64,000 bases of DNA from Octopus sinensis (lineage: Eukaryota): the NCBI RefSeq assembly GCF_006345805.1, contig NC_043007.1, positions 56,606,001 to 56,670,000 on the forward strand, read 5' to 3'. This document shows, piece after piece, positions 25,829-38,500 of this stretch; positions within the stretch are counted from its first letter, which is position 1; each line of letters begins with the position of its first letter. The notes beneath the pieces were generated by a model. That model did not search any database, had not been told where the DNA came from, and saw only the letters and a list, made by a program, of their open reading frames with translations. Made by a program: the position numbers and the translations under genes.

Positions 25829-27135
25829 TAAATCAGCGATTGATAGTTTTCTAGCACGTTTGGTTTAATCGAGCACTTGTGCATGTATGTATGTATGTAT
25901 GTATGTATGTATGTATGTATGTATGTATGTATGTATGTATGTATGTATGTATGTATGTATGTATGTATGCATGTGTGTATTATGTACATTACACATCCTT
26001 ACAAAGTATTCACTCATCCACAGAAATATCAATATATTTTCTTATAGAGTCGTGAAGACAGGACATTTTCCAAAGCAACATTTTGTAGGGTGTACAAATT
26101 CGAAGGAGATTATTTCTTTTGTTTTTTACTAACTTTAGGCAAAGAACTGTATCTATGCTGAATTATCTTATTCATACTTACAATTGATGATATCAGCTCC
26201 AGTTTCCTACTGGTTGCTACTTCATCGATTGTGGGAAGATGTAATGTAACGTATGCTTAAACAAGCTTAAGGTAACCCGCTCGTAGAGCGGGTAAGAGTG
26301 TGGTTGTTACTTTCTGTTGCCTCCTTTATGTTTTTTATCACCACATTCTCCCTCTTTGTTTCTCTCTCACTTTCCCACTCTCTTACTCTTCCTTTCTCTC
26401 GGACTCTCCCTCGCTTTCTATTTCTATCTTTCTCTCTCTATCTCCCATTTATAAACAACAAAAATCTTGAGTAAGTTGAGAAAGAAAGTATTTTGAAAGA
26501 TCAATCATAAATATCAGGTTGTGACAACGGAAAGGTCTGCTTCAAGGCAGACAGCAAAACACTAACATTTAAAAGGGACAGACGAACTTGCAAGCGGAAC
26601 AAAAATTAAAAAAATATTGGAAACCAAAGTTAGAAGGGATAGAATCTGAGGATAGTCACAATGGCTGGCATTTCTTAACGACGGACAGTAACGTAGTGGC
26701 AGTTTAACGGCAAGCGTAAAATTTTGAACTTGATGTAAAAGAAAATTCCTAAACACTAAGTTTTGAAGTGATTCTTTCTCACGACAGTAGACTCACCAAT
26801 GCAAGTATTCAAAACTTCTTCATCATGGACGGCAACACATTGAAGATTTAAAGGTTGGCGCAAATTTTTTAGCTTGATATAACAGAGAATTCCTAAACAC
26901 CTGCTACTGTAAATTTTAATCCCCTTCCAGCCCCATTTAGACTCCTTTCCACATTTTGGTTAATATAACCCGATTTCATTCAGGTCAACTCGGGCCACAT
27001 TTTATAAGATGAGGAATTTTGTCTTAGAGGTCACGCCTTTCATTTGAGGAAAAAAATAGTTGCCATGCAAACTCGCCAGCACTTTTAACATAGGTGTGCA
27101 TATTTTCACCTCAACCGACCACATAATGCACACAT

Positions 27136-27189
<54 letters not shown>

Positions 27190-27914
27190 TATATATATAT
27201 ACATATATATATACATATATGTATGTGTGTGTGTGTGTGTGTACGCATTATATATACAAATGTATACAGATTATATATATATATATTATATATATATATA
27301 TATATAAATACAGATATATACACTTTGTATATATACATTATATATACATATTTATATCTAGAACACACACACACATTTATAAATTAACCCAATAAATATC
27401 TGATTCATAATATTTGTTCTCATAATAATAAAACTCTCTATGAATGCAGAAAGACATACAGAGGGAGGGGAAGGCGGTGGGGGAAAGAGGGACAGCGCGG
27501 GCGAAGGCAGCGAGGGAAAGATAGTAGTATCTATCAAACGTCGTTATAGAGAGAAAGTGATGGGAAGGGAGGAAACAGAGAGAGTCGGAGGAAGACATGC
27601 AGATAAGAGAATGAGAGGAGACTTGTCAAAGTGTGCGTTTTTTGCCCTAGTAACGACACCTTTTAACATAGGGATTTCTAACTTAGCCCACTCGCATCCT
27701 CACCTCATTTTACATGTCCCTGTAAATTTTGGAGTCAATCCAACGGGATCTAGTGGCCTTTAACCCGTTCCAGTGCCCAAACCAGACAAACAAACTTTTC
27801 GCATTTCAGATTTATAGATATTGATGTGATTTAAAATTGGAAAACAGAAAAATGCAACCAGAATACAAGGTATTCTGTTTGTTGTTCTACTAATCCTAAA
27901 TTATGTTTTATTAT

Positions 27915-27965
<51 letters not shown>

Positions 27966-27993
27966 ATTATTATTGTTGTTGTTGTTGTTGTTG

Positions 27994-28125
27994 TCGACTT
28001 TGCTTTCCGTCTTTTCTTGGTCGATGAAATAAGTACCAGTTGAGTACTGGGTATGATGTAATCGACTGCCCTACCACTTAAAATCCTGGCCTCGTGCCAA
28101 TAATAGAAAGAATTATTATAATTTT
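27994..28125 (+). mobile_element. SINE family 1 3' fragment with (TTA)-type tail
   Basis: gtcgactttgctttccgtc..gtcgatgaaataagtaccagttgagtactggg..gtaatcgact..ggcctcgtgccaataatagaaagaattatta. Confidence 0.75.
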
Positions 28126-29069
28126 ATTATTGTTGTTGTTGTAGTTGACTGCTGAAATATGACAGTGGTGACGAGTAACAAAGTGCGTTACTACACACTT
28201 TTCTGTAGCTCGCCTGTTTGACCGTGTTTTCACCCTTGGGTAAGTCTTGGACTAAAGTTGATCATTGCATTTTACCAACTGGACAATATGGCCGATGAAA
28301 GTCCATCCTCACGGCGGGAGTGTGTGACAATAGTCTTGGAACATTTATAGACGTATACCAGAACAGTCTGAACAGTTTCATCAGGGATTATTGACAATTT
28401 CCGAAAAACCTTTGCCCTCACAATGCTACACGGATGTATTCGAAACATTCGAAACAAGCTCAATAGGCACGGAAGCGTCAGTAGCCGAACCTGTTTAAGA
28501 AGCGTGTTTTCCTTCAGTGTCTGTGCTGGACAGATTTGTGACTTTGTGTCAAGCTTCCAGCGTCTATGTGATTGACAGTTTCTGGCTATCAGCTTTTGGT
28601 AAGGAAGATTAACTAGTTTTTCTCAACTTAAAGATTAAGAATGCTCTGTGGTACACGAGGTTAAAAAAAAATTGATAAACTAATGAACTTTTTTTCCTTT
28701 CTGGTCAAGCGCTCGTGTATTTCTTTAAGTACCATTTGAAAATGGAAGAATGGATGAGAATAAAATGCTATCCTCTTGTATTTTTTCCGAAAGGTAGGGA
28801 AAGGCAGTGAAATATGTGAGGTTAAATGATTATGCAATTGTAAACAGAAATAAAGGGACTGCGTGGATGATAATGTTGGGGTCTTTGATGCAGTAGAGTA
28901 ACCTGAAGCATTGTGTGGTGTTTTCCCACTAAATGTCTATCCCCGATCCATTGGACATAATTTTTATGCTATTTTATTGTTATATATTGTTTTTGCTGTT
29001 TTCGAGCATTTGCAGTCTGTGTAAACCCCATTGTTCTTTTACTGTCCCCAAAGTCCTGAAAGAAATTAT

Positions 29070-30370
29070 CACCATTCTTAAAGCTATTATGTGCTATATT
29101 ATCCAGCAGAGATGTTCTTTTCAGGTTTGGTGACAACAAGTTTCCTCATATCTCAAGAGTCTTTGGATGCATTCAGAATACTAGATGGCACTTTTCTGCT
29201 GGTTTACAATGCAAGCCTCAATTCCATTATCCTTTAGCCTCCCAGGCAGCAGTTTGTAGGTTGTACAGGAACAATTGTCATCTTAAACTTCCACAATCTC
29301 TTCATCTGTCTGGCTGGGTCCTACTATTTCTGTCTTCTCAATTTCTTATCATGGGATATTGCAAAGTCTGTGATCTTACACTGTTTTTTTGTTCCCCCAC
29401 CCTTTTTTTCTTTTACCTGTTAGTCTTCTGCAATCACACCTGGTCATTTTGCTTCGAAAATATGGTCAGTGTTTTTGGAAAAATCCCATAAAATTCTCTA
29501 ATTATTAATCTCCATTACAGCCTCTAGCTCGTGTTCATACCACTTATCTGATGCTTTGAATCTACGCACTAACTAGTTAATATTCCAATCGATTCCTTTA
29601 CCGACACATTCACGCCTGCGTTTATAATCCTTTTTTTTTTCTTATTCATTTTTTTGCGCCAGCATACTAATTTCACTTAGAGATAATTAATATTTACTTC
29701 TCCTTTCCGGCAGACACTGCGTCTGCTTGAGTTTTATCAATCTTTGCCTTTATCAAATTCGTTTTAATAGGTTGTCCTTAAGCAGTTATAATTAGCGATT
29801 CGGTTTCTCGCTTCAGGTTTCCATCTGTCTGCCATAAACAGCATTCTTTACTTCCAGTATCTTCGCTTTGTTGCATGAATTGGATATCTGATTCCATTTC
29901 TTTCGAAGTGCTTGTTCTATTGTTCTTTTTCCTGTTCTTGAATACTCCTACTGTTTCAGCAACTTCTTTTTGGATATTTCTAGCCGCCGATAGTATTCTT
30001 CCTTCGCGACATATAACAATTTTTCAACCCTAATATCGCAGATGGCGACTTCGACGTTTTATCATCTTCAGCAGCCTTCATATTGGTTTCGGCGTGGTGT
30101 GCGTTCTGCATTGTGAGCAGCTTCCTAGTTTTATATTATACCCTGCCTTTGCACATTTTAGAAAAGGAATAGAATACATTAATACTGACATAGCCCATGT
30201 TTTCATTGCTTTAATGACTCTAATTTTGTTCCAAGCAACTTTCTAATTCTTCTCTTGTATTCTTGGAGACTTTTTCTCTCTCATTTCTCCTTTCCTTACA
30301 CTATTGTCCTGGGTATCCTAAGTACTTGTATCCCTCATTATTTCTCTAATGTAATGATATCAACTTGTAA
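29070..30370 (-). mobile_element. Second RLE-type non-LTR retrotransposon family, degenerate 3' half
   Basis: Minus-strand remnants GYKYLGI..EMREKV..YKRRIRKLLGT..VIKAMKTWAM; WQTDGNLKRETESLIITA*GQPIKTNLIKAKIDKTQ; KQCKITDFAI..ARQMKRLWKFKMTIVPV..RLKDNGIEACIVNQQKSAI. Confidence 0.8.
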
Positions 30371-30943
30371 TTTTATACCGCCAAACATTATCTCGCGTAC
30401 ACCTATTTACCCCATTATTATTGTTGCTGTTGTTATTAAAGTGGTGAGCTGGCAGAATCGTAGCGCGCCGGACGAAATGCTTATCGACATTTCGTACGTC
30501 TTTACGTACTGAGTTCAAATTTAGCTGAGGTTGATTTTTCCTTTCGGGGTCGATAAATTAAGTACCAGTGAAATACTAGGGTCGATGAAATGTCTACCAG
30601 TTATATATTAGTCTTCTTCAAATTGACTACTGCCTCTTCTAACATTTTGTGGCTTTGCTGCTATGTAAAAGCAATAACATATAATTTTGATCATGTCTCT
30701 GACATAATCGATTAAATTTATTTCAAATTTTAGCACAAGGCTAGAAATTTAAGGGAGCAGGTATGTCGATTACAGTGACCCCAATGTTCAATTGGTACAT
30801 ATTTTATCGGAATTTGAACTGAGAACGTGATGACGGACGAAATGCCCCTGAAATTGCTGGCCTTGTACCAGAACTTGAAAATATTATTTCTTTATGATGA
30901 GGAAATGTATATTAATTAAGATTGCTCTTTCTATGACTGGCAG

Positions 30944-31045
30944 ATGGAATGCGGGAATGTTTAGATATCATTCCCAATGCTTCGTTGTACTATGTTGTTG
31001 ATAAAGACAGAATGCTTAATGGCTCAGACCTCGACCGTCAAACAG
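30944..31045 (+). CDS. Candidate internal exon (102 nt, phase 1-1)
   Basis: Acceptor ttgctctttctatgactggcag, donor CAG|gtacca. Reads GMRECLDIIPNASLYYVVDKDRMLNGSDLDRQT, with two N-x-S sequons. Phase-compatible with 22451-22505. Confidence 0.3.
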
Positions 31046-32100
31046 GTACCATTAAACATTACTATTTACTGTTGTAAGTATCAAGGTCCTTCTCCGTAGA
31101 AAAGCCCCTCTCCCTAATCTTTAATATAAGAATCAATGGTTTGCAGGATATTCATTTTATCAGTTAAATTTCAACTTTATTTTGGTCAGGTCACTCCAAA
31201 CATTATTTATCATATTGCAAGTTTACATTGACGCATCTATAAACACGCAATGTGAGCGAGCCAGTGGAAAAGTTTCCACGACGTTGCTCGAGCTCTAAGA
31301 AATAGCAGCCAAATCTCCATCAAATAACATTGCTCCGCCAGTGTAGTGCCAGATGTATAAAAAATACGAGGTCATGGCTGGAATACCTTTCATCATAGAT
31401 TTTCTCTAAGAAGGTTGATCAGGAGACATGCCTGCATTTATGCCACCACCGCCGCTGTTGCTACTGCCGCTGCCGCGTCTGATTTACTCTTGCTGTTGCT
31501 GTTATTGTTGTTGTTATCACTTAGCTCCAAGTTATCCTTCATTGAAGATTCTTATAATCGAAGTCATACCAGCCAGCCATGACCATCTCATCTTTCTATT
31601 TGTTTACAACTACATTATTCAATGTTTCCTTTTTCTTGTAGACTATAGATTGTGATTCGAGTGAAATGTGAATGCTATTTGTAGCAAGTTGTTCGTCCAC
31701 GTAAAGGTTCTTACTTGTCACTGTTAATGCTGCCGTAAAATTAGACTCCGATATCAAACAATACAAAAAAGGAACGAACGAGGGAGCTTTATACGAAGCC
31801 GCTTGAACGACTAAAAGAGCAACTATGTCTCTCTTAAATCACATCGTCTGTAATATAAAGTAGAGCATATCGATAATGAATTCACTACCATAACAAACAA
31901 AGTGATGGGATTATCACAATTAGATCTCTTCTGACAAGGGATGACCTGAAGCTAAACCTGAACGATCAAGACAACAACAAAGGAATTTTAAGGCCTTCAA
32001 AGAGTTTTAAAGAATCTTCTTGCAGTTACTGACGATTTCCTTTTATAAAATGAAAAAGGATGAAAAATTTGACTGCAGCAGCTTCATCGGCAGCAGCAAC

Positions 32101-32154
<54 letters not shown>

Positions 32155-32933
32155 TTAGGAATAGTATAACACTTTAATGCTGCATATGTTGAATTTCCTG
32201 TGAATGTGCGTTTGTGTGTGTGCGTGTGTGTTGGGGGTCTGTGTGTGTCAGTGTGTGTGTATGTGATGGGGAGTTATATGGAGAACGCAAACCACGTGCA
32301 CAACGGATGTTAATGTTGGCCTGGTAACTGCTTCAACTAACACATATTATTAATATCACCAACACCACTAACACTACCACCACCACCACTACCACCACCA
32401 CCACCTCCACCAACACCATCACCACCACCAATACTACTATCTCTATCGTCCACAAATTGCAACACCTTTACCATACCGACAGTACCACCATCATTAAAAT
32501 TATTTCCATATCCTAAGCCCACGATCACCATTACCAACACGACTGCCTTTAATGCATCTACTACTATCTCAGTTGCTCAACAAGACCTCGGCTCTCCATC
32601 ATCATTATCATCATCATCATCCTCGTCGTCGTCGTCTTCGTCACCACCATCATTAAAATTATTATCATTACCATTACCACCACCTTCAATATAATCAAGC
32701 ACTACAGACATGGCTGTGTGGTTAAGAAGCTAACTTTGCAACCACATGATTTTAGGTTCAGTCTCACTCTCTCTCACCTTCTCCTCTCTCTATCTCCCAC
32801 TGTCTTTTTTTCTCACTTACATTCACATAATGCTCTTAATTGCTTCGAGGGTCAAAAATGTTATACTTTTCTCCACACAAACACACATACACACACACAC
32901 AAGCACACAAACATACATATACTTATATGTATA

Positions 32934-33156
32934 CAGAGTTGGCAAAAAATCACCTGACAGTAAATCAAAACCATTTAATTCCAAGATATATTTATGTTTA
33001 ACAACTGAATGAATTTAATATAAGCATCTAAATATGTAAGATCGTGAAAATTGTTCAAACTGGGAGTCATTCTTGACCGATACATTTTTGCATTCGAGTC
33101 AATACAGAATTACAGGTAGTATTTATGGATTTTGATTTACTGTCGGGTGATTTTTG
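32934..33156. mobile_element. Tc1/mariner-type MITE, ~30-bp TIRs
   Basis: caaaaaatcacctgacagtaaatcaaaacc (32943-32972) versus ggattttgatttactgtcgggtgatttttg (33127-33156). Same family as 4275-4520. Confidence 0.75.
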
Positions 33157-33534
33157 TAATATGTAATATATGTATATATATATATAGCATATCATATATG
33201 TATATATATATATATAATATATATATATATATGTGTGTGTGTGTATATATGTATATATATGTATATATATATATATATGCTTGTATGTATATATATATAT
33301 AAATTCAAATAAACGAATGAAATTAACGAACAACAAATGGACGTGCACAAGGACTGTATTAGTTTCACGCTCGGTTAAAAGAGAGAGTTGACGTTTCGAG
33401 CATAGCTCTCTGTCGGAAAGCAGAAAGGAAAAAGTCCAAAGAGGGAAGATAAATCGCCAACAGCATGTGTGTAGTTACATTGCTGAAATTATATATATAT
33501 ATATATATAGAAGTATCGAAAGTATCCCCCGAAT

Positions 33535-33757
33535 CATAGGCTCATAAGGCCAGTTTCCCACATTCTTCGAGGCTTGCACATTTATTTCAGGCTGGTCTGT
33601 CGCAGGATTACTGATTACTCTTTTTTTTTTTGTCAACTGAGTAGACTGGAGGAACATGAAATGAAGTATTTTATTCAAGAATACAACGTATCACCTGGTC
33701 AACGACGTTCTTACGATCATAAGTGCAACAACCTAACCACTAAGCAACATGCCTCCA
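33535..33757 (-). mobile_element. SINE family 3, diverged copy
   Basis: Reverse complement resembles 60272-60505 (tggaggcatgttgcttagtggttaggttg..cgttgtattcttgaataaaatacttcatttcatgttcctccagtctactcagttga). Confidence 0.7.
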
Positions 33758-33900
33758 TATACATACATATATACATACTTACATACATATGTATGTATAT
33801 ACACATGTATATATGAATGTATAGAGACATATATAGATATTCAATAAGCACGTGTATATGTGTATATACATGCATTCTCTGTGAATGTGTGTGTATGTTC

Positions 33901-33937
<37 letters not shown>

Positions 33938-33940
<3 letters not shown>

Positions 33941-35192
33941 CCGTTCTGTCTGTTTGTCTGTCTGTGCGCTTATAACTCGAGTATTGTTCAACCGATCGTG
34001 CATAAATTTTAAACATGGATACATGTGAGAGCGGGGCGTTCCGTAATCTAAAAAGATTTTCAGAATTGTGAGTTTCAAAGTGAGAATCACCATTTTTATA
34101 ATCTTTTTGTCCTGTTTGTTCCGCTAATAAAAGCAACAAGGGGAGAGCAGGGTGACAGTCAGACAAAACCGTCGCTATGCTGTCTCGCTTCTTTCCTTTC
34201 TTTGTCTCTCTTATGATGTCCGAATATATTTTGTGTTAAGATTGGTTATCAATCAGTTATCCTTATTGAGAAGAAACAATCAAAAGTAAGCATCACATAC
34301 AATCACCAAACATCTCCACAAGATCAGCAAATGCATGTTGCAGCAGTTAATGCTGGATCATTAATCAATGTTTTAATGATTAGACAGAGGTCCAATAGAA
34401 TAGCTCTCAGAAACAGACTACGTACAAATTCGTTCTTCACAACTCCTGAAGCTGTTTTCAGATATGATACATCCCATGCTTATAAATATAATAACTCTGT
34501 CGAAATTGGTGTGCTAAACACAAATTATCGTTTCTCCAGAGCTTTAAAATTTTCAAATGAAACAAATGGTATGTGCTGCTCAGGCGGTCAGGTAACATTG
34601 CCAGCACTACCTCTTCTCAACCTCTTATGGATCTTCTAGAAGGCACTTCCATCCAGTCAGAGGATTTTCTGAACAATATCAGACAACTACATTTCAAATG
34701 ACATCGTTTGGTGCCTCAAAGAAGATAGATAAACATAAATTTATGCCGACGTCAAAGTTCAGGGGCAAGTCTTTCCCCTCATTGGTTCCCTGTTACCCCA
34801 AAACGAACAACCACAGTTTCCTCCAAATTTACTTTATGAATGATGTAGGACAACAAACCTGAAGGAGGTGTTAAAATTTCAGATGATAAGTCGTGTTAGA
34901 CACAGCGCCGACTGCTGCAAAAGAGAGTATCTCCGCTGACAGCTTTTCGGTGCGTTCAAAAATCACATAATCCCCACCTCACCCCCATTTTTCATGACAG
35001 GTTAGGGCCTGATACACTCTAAACAGACGCATAGCATGTTGCTTAGTCGAATTCGCCCATCATTTACTCCACAAATGTTTTGTTGTCAATGCTGCACTTT
35101 CCCATATTATGTATTTCAACATAACTTGTTTGTATATATTATATACAAACTACTCCATTTTAATCCCGAGCAACGCCGGGTATCTCTGCTAG
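33938..35192 (+). mobile_element. Internally deleted Helitron with N-terminal RepHel coding remnant
   Basis: 5' (GTCT)-rich tract. Frameshifted peptides AVFRYD..ALKFSNETNGMCCSGGQVTLPAL / PLMDLLEG..DFLNNIRQ / FQMTSFGA..FMPT / KVQGQV..LIGSLLP..QF / LQIYF (34331-34840). 3' hairpin cccg-a-gc-aac-gc-cggg (35165-35180), then CTAG (35189-35192) followed by T. Confidence 0.92.
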
Positions 35193-35213
35193 TTATATAC
35201 ATACATACATACA

Positions 35214-35275
<62 letters not shown>

Positions 35276-35278
<3 letters not shown>

Positions 35279-35487
35279 GTAAATGTAATATGTGACAATT
35301 ATTCGGTAGCCAAGATAAAACACCGGGTTTCGGATGCCGAGGTGGAAATCCACGCCACCATCCCTTCATAGCGTTTTTCCGATGGTTGGATAACTGAAAA
35401 GATGGTGGCGTGGATTTCCACCTCGGCAACAGAAACTCGGAGTTTTATCTTGGCTACCAAATAATTGCCACATATTACATTTACAGA
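35276..35487. mobile_element. Foldback MITE: 87-bp inverted arms, 38-bp spacer, TA flanks
   Basis: Arms 35276-35362 and 35401-35487 differ at 6 of 87 positions; the inner 28 bp are perfect. TA at 35274-35275 and 35488-35489. Confidence 0.9.
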
Positions 35488-35929
35488 TAAATTCCTCTAT
35501 TTACGTAATATCGAGGTCTCTTTCTTTTGTTATCTTACCGTTTTTATCAATACATGTATTAATTATATACATATATATGATGAATATATAGCGATAAATT
35601 ATCCAAGTGGGTACCGTAAGTGCTCTCATGTACAATCTAGGTTTCGACTAACCACATCTGGTAGCAAGAAGCATGAAGGCTTGTTTAGAGTGAACAATTT
35701 CGCTGTAATGCTTTTAGGTTCGCTTCACTGAATTATGAAAATTTTCTGGGAGTGTAAATCCAAAACAATTACAGAAAATACGGAGAGTTGTACATCTACA
35801 AATTTTTCTTTTAATTTCCTCAGTTAATCATACTATATAATTAACTGTTAAAATTAAAAGAAAACTTTGAAAATGTATCAGTTTCCGTATCCTTTGTAAT
35901 TGCTTTGTATTATATATATACATATATAT

Positions 35930-37936
35930 CTAGATTCCTTCCTCTCTTTCGTCCAATCTTTCCATCCAGCCCTCCACTTCACTTCCACTATCTCCAACAC
36001 CTCTGTCTCCTTCCTCGACATTTCGGTTAGCATTCTTCACTCCACTCTTACCACCTCCATTCACTACAAACACACAGACTCACACTCATACCTCAACTTC
36101 TCTTCCTCACACCCAGAACACACCAGCTTTCCATCCCCTATTCCCAATTCCTCCGTCTACGTAGGCTCTGTAGTGACGACCATGACTTTGAGACTCAGTC
36201 TCAACGTATGGCTCACCACTTCACCCTACGTGGATACCCCCTCACCACTATCCACACCGCCCTTGCCAGAGCACGGTCCGTGGACCGTGTATCTGCTCTC
36301 TCTCCCCGAACCCCCCTGTAGTCCTCCTCCCGCCTCCCTTTTCCCCTCACTTACCACCCCACGACCCTACGTCTCCAACGCACCATTCTTCGAGCTTTCG
36401 TCATCTCCAGTCCGACCCGTCACTTCACACCTCTTCCCTAACCGACCCCTCCCCCTCTTCAAACGAGCCCACAACCTTCGAGACCTTTTGGTCCATAGCT
36501 CCTTCCCTGACCCTACCTCCCAACCCTGCTCGTTCCCCTGCTCCCGCCCACGTTGCCGCACTTGCCCTTACCTCTCCAACACCACCCGCCTCACTAGCAC
36601 CCACCATCGACCCTATCCCATCATCCACTCCTTCACCTGCACCTCCAGTAATATATCTATTGCATCTCTGCTCTCTCTGCAATTCCTTGTACATCGGAAC
36701 AAACGGGACGCCGCTTGGCTGACCGGTTCGCGGAACACCTTCGTGACATCCACCTTGCGAACGACACACCGGTCTCACGCCATTTCCGCTCCACCGGTCA
36801 CTCCTTGCAAACCTATCTGTGTTCGTTTGTCCTTACACAGAGGCCATCCGGATTCCCGTTTGCGCCGCGAACAGGAATTAATCTTCTCTCTTCTCTTCGC
36901 TCTTATACGCCATTTGGTCTCAACTCTCCCCCCCCTCCTCATCTAACCCCCCTCTCCCCCTCCTCAACCTATCCTTTCTCACCCTGACCCCTACTTCTTC
37001 AGTCCTTCATCCTTCACCCTACTCCCCTTCCCTTCTTCCCTCTTCCTCCTCCCTCTTCCCCTTCCCTCTGCTCCCTCACTTCCTCTCTCCCCTTCTCTCT
37101 CCTCTCTCCCCCTCTCTCCCCCTCTCCCTCTTCCTCCTCATCCCCTCCTCCCCTTCCATCTCCCCCATCCTCCTCCTCTTCCCCCTTCTCCTCCCCCTCT
37201 TCTTCCCCTCCCCCTCTCTCCCCCTCTTCTCCCCCTCCCCCTCTTCTCCTCACTACACCACATGACTTTACACATCACATCACATATGATGTGCCATACT
37301 AATACACACACCAACTAATACATACTAATACGTACTAATACATCCTAGTACATACTAATACTTACACCACCCTATACAACACACGTCCAGACCCCGCATA
37401 CGCACTTATCCTCTCTCACACACCCACACACACCTATACATACCAATACGTACTAATACATACTAATACATACTAATACATACACCACCCCCATACATAC
37501 GCACGTCCAGACCAATCCTACGCACTAATACTCTCTCATACACACACACACACACACCACACACCCTTATACATACTAATACATACACCAACCCTATACA
37601 TACACACATCCAGACCCCTCCCACGCACTTTTAGCTGGTCCCTCAACCCTTTTATCAACCCTATTATCTCCCCTTATTTCGCTCTAGCGTCTCATGTTTG
37701 ATCTTTGACCTCTGGCCGAAATCAGATCGCCATGTTGATTCGTTAGCTACTGCACGCATTTTTTTCTCTCCTTCTTACTGTGTTTTTCTCTCTCTGTGTA
37801 TCTTTCTGTTGAAGAGCGTAGGCTCGAAACGTTAAAGACTTGTTTTATTTATATTTCCTGAGCGCCATACTAATACAATTGTTCGTTTGTTTTCCACCTG
37901 CCTTCGTCTTTTGTCTATTTTCATAAAGCTTCCCGT

Positions 37937-37937
<1 letters not shown>
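35930..37937 (+). mobile_element. Penelope-like retroelement (Neptune-like), 5'-truncated: RT C-terminus, Cys linker, GIY-YIG endonuclease, pyrimidine-rich 3' UTR, pLTR
   Basis: FHPALHFT..SVSFLDISV..LTTSIHYKHTDSHSYLNFSSSHP; SIPYSQFLRLRRLCS after a frameshift; CSRPRCRTCPY; IYCIS..YIG..TGRRLADRFAEHLRDI..PVSRHF. pLTR with HHR at 37801-37838. Confidence 0.92.
37801..37838 (+). ncRNA. Minimal (dimer-type) type I hammerhead variant in the pLTR
   Basis: Stem I TCTTT/AAAGA; core CTGTTGA (A6 to U); stem II GAGC-GTAG-GCTC; GAAA; palindromic loopless stem III ACGT; cleavage triplet GTT. Confidence 0.7.
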
Positions 37938-37970
<33 letters not shown>

Positions 37971-37971
37971 T

Positions 37972-38029
<58 letters not shown>

Positions 38030-38089
38030 TATTATATATATGGTATGTATATAGGATATATAAGTAGTAGTAGTAGTAGTAGTAGTAGT

Positions 38090-38129
<40 letters not shown>

Positions 38130-38374
38130 TCCAGGCCATATCTCACGCATACTCTGGAATGCATCATTAGAGGTGCTTACGGCGTCGCAAGGTGCTTCAC
38201 GCCTTTCAAAATCAGATCCCTTCACCCAATTGACCTAACCAGAGCTGATCTAGTCCCAGCTTATATTCCAATTGGAGCAAACTACCGGTTTGCCCTTTTT
38301 ATCCAAAGCCACCTATGATAGCCTTCCTTGCATCTTTAAGTTAGAATTTATGGCCGTTCTCTTTAGTACAGCAT

Positions 38375-38500
38375 TCCGTCGAGGTCGACTTTGCTTTTCA
38401 TCCTTTCGGGTCGATAAATTAAGTACCAGTTGCGTACTGGAGTGGATCTAATCGAATGGCCCCCTCCACCAAAATTTCGAGCCTTGTGCCTGGAGTAAAC
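38375..38500 (+). mobile_element. SINE family 1 3' half (tail B)
   Basis: attccgtcgaggtcgactttgcttttcatcctttcgggtcgataaattaagtaccagttgcgtactggagtggatctaatcga..ccaaaatttcgagccttgtgcctggagta. Confidence 0.85.

Noticed and set aside
35900-36946. Longest ORF (348 aa) as a host gene
   Set aside because: It is the frameshifted RT/GIY-YIG ORF of a Penelope-like element; the Pro/Ser-rich middle part is an off-frame reading of C-rich DNA.
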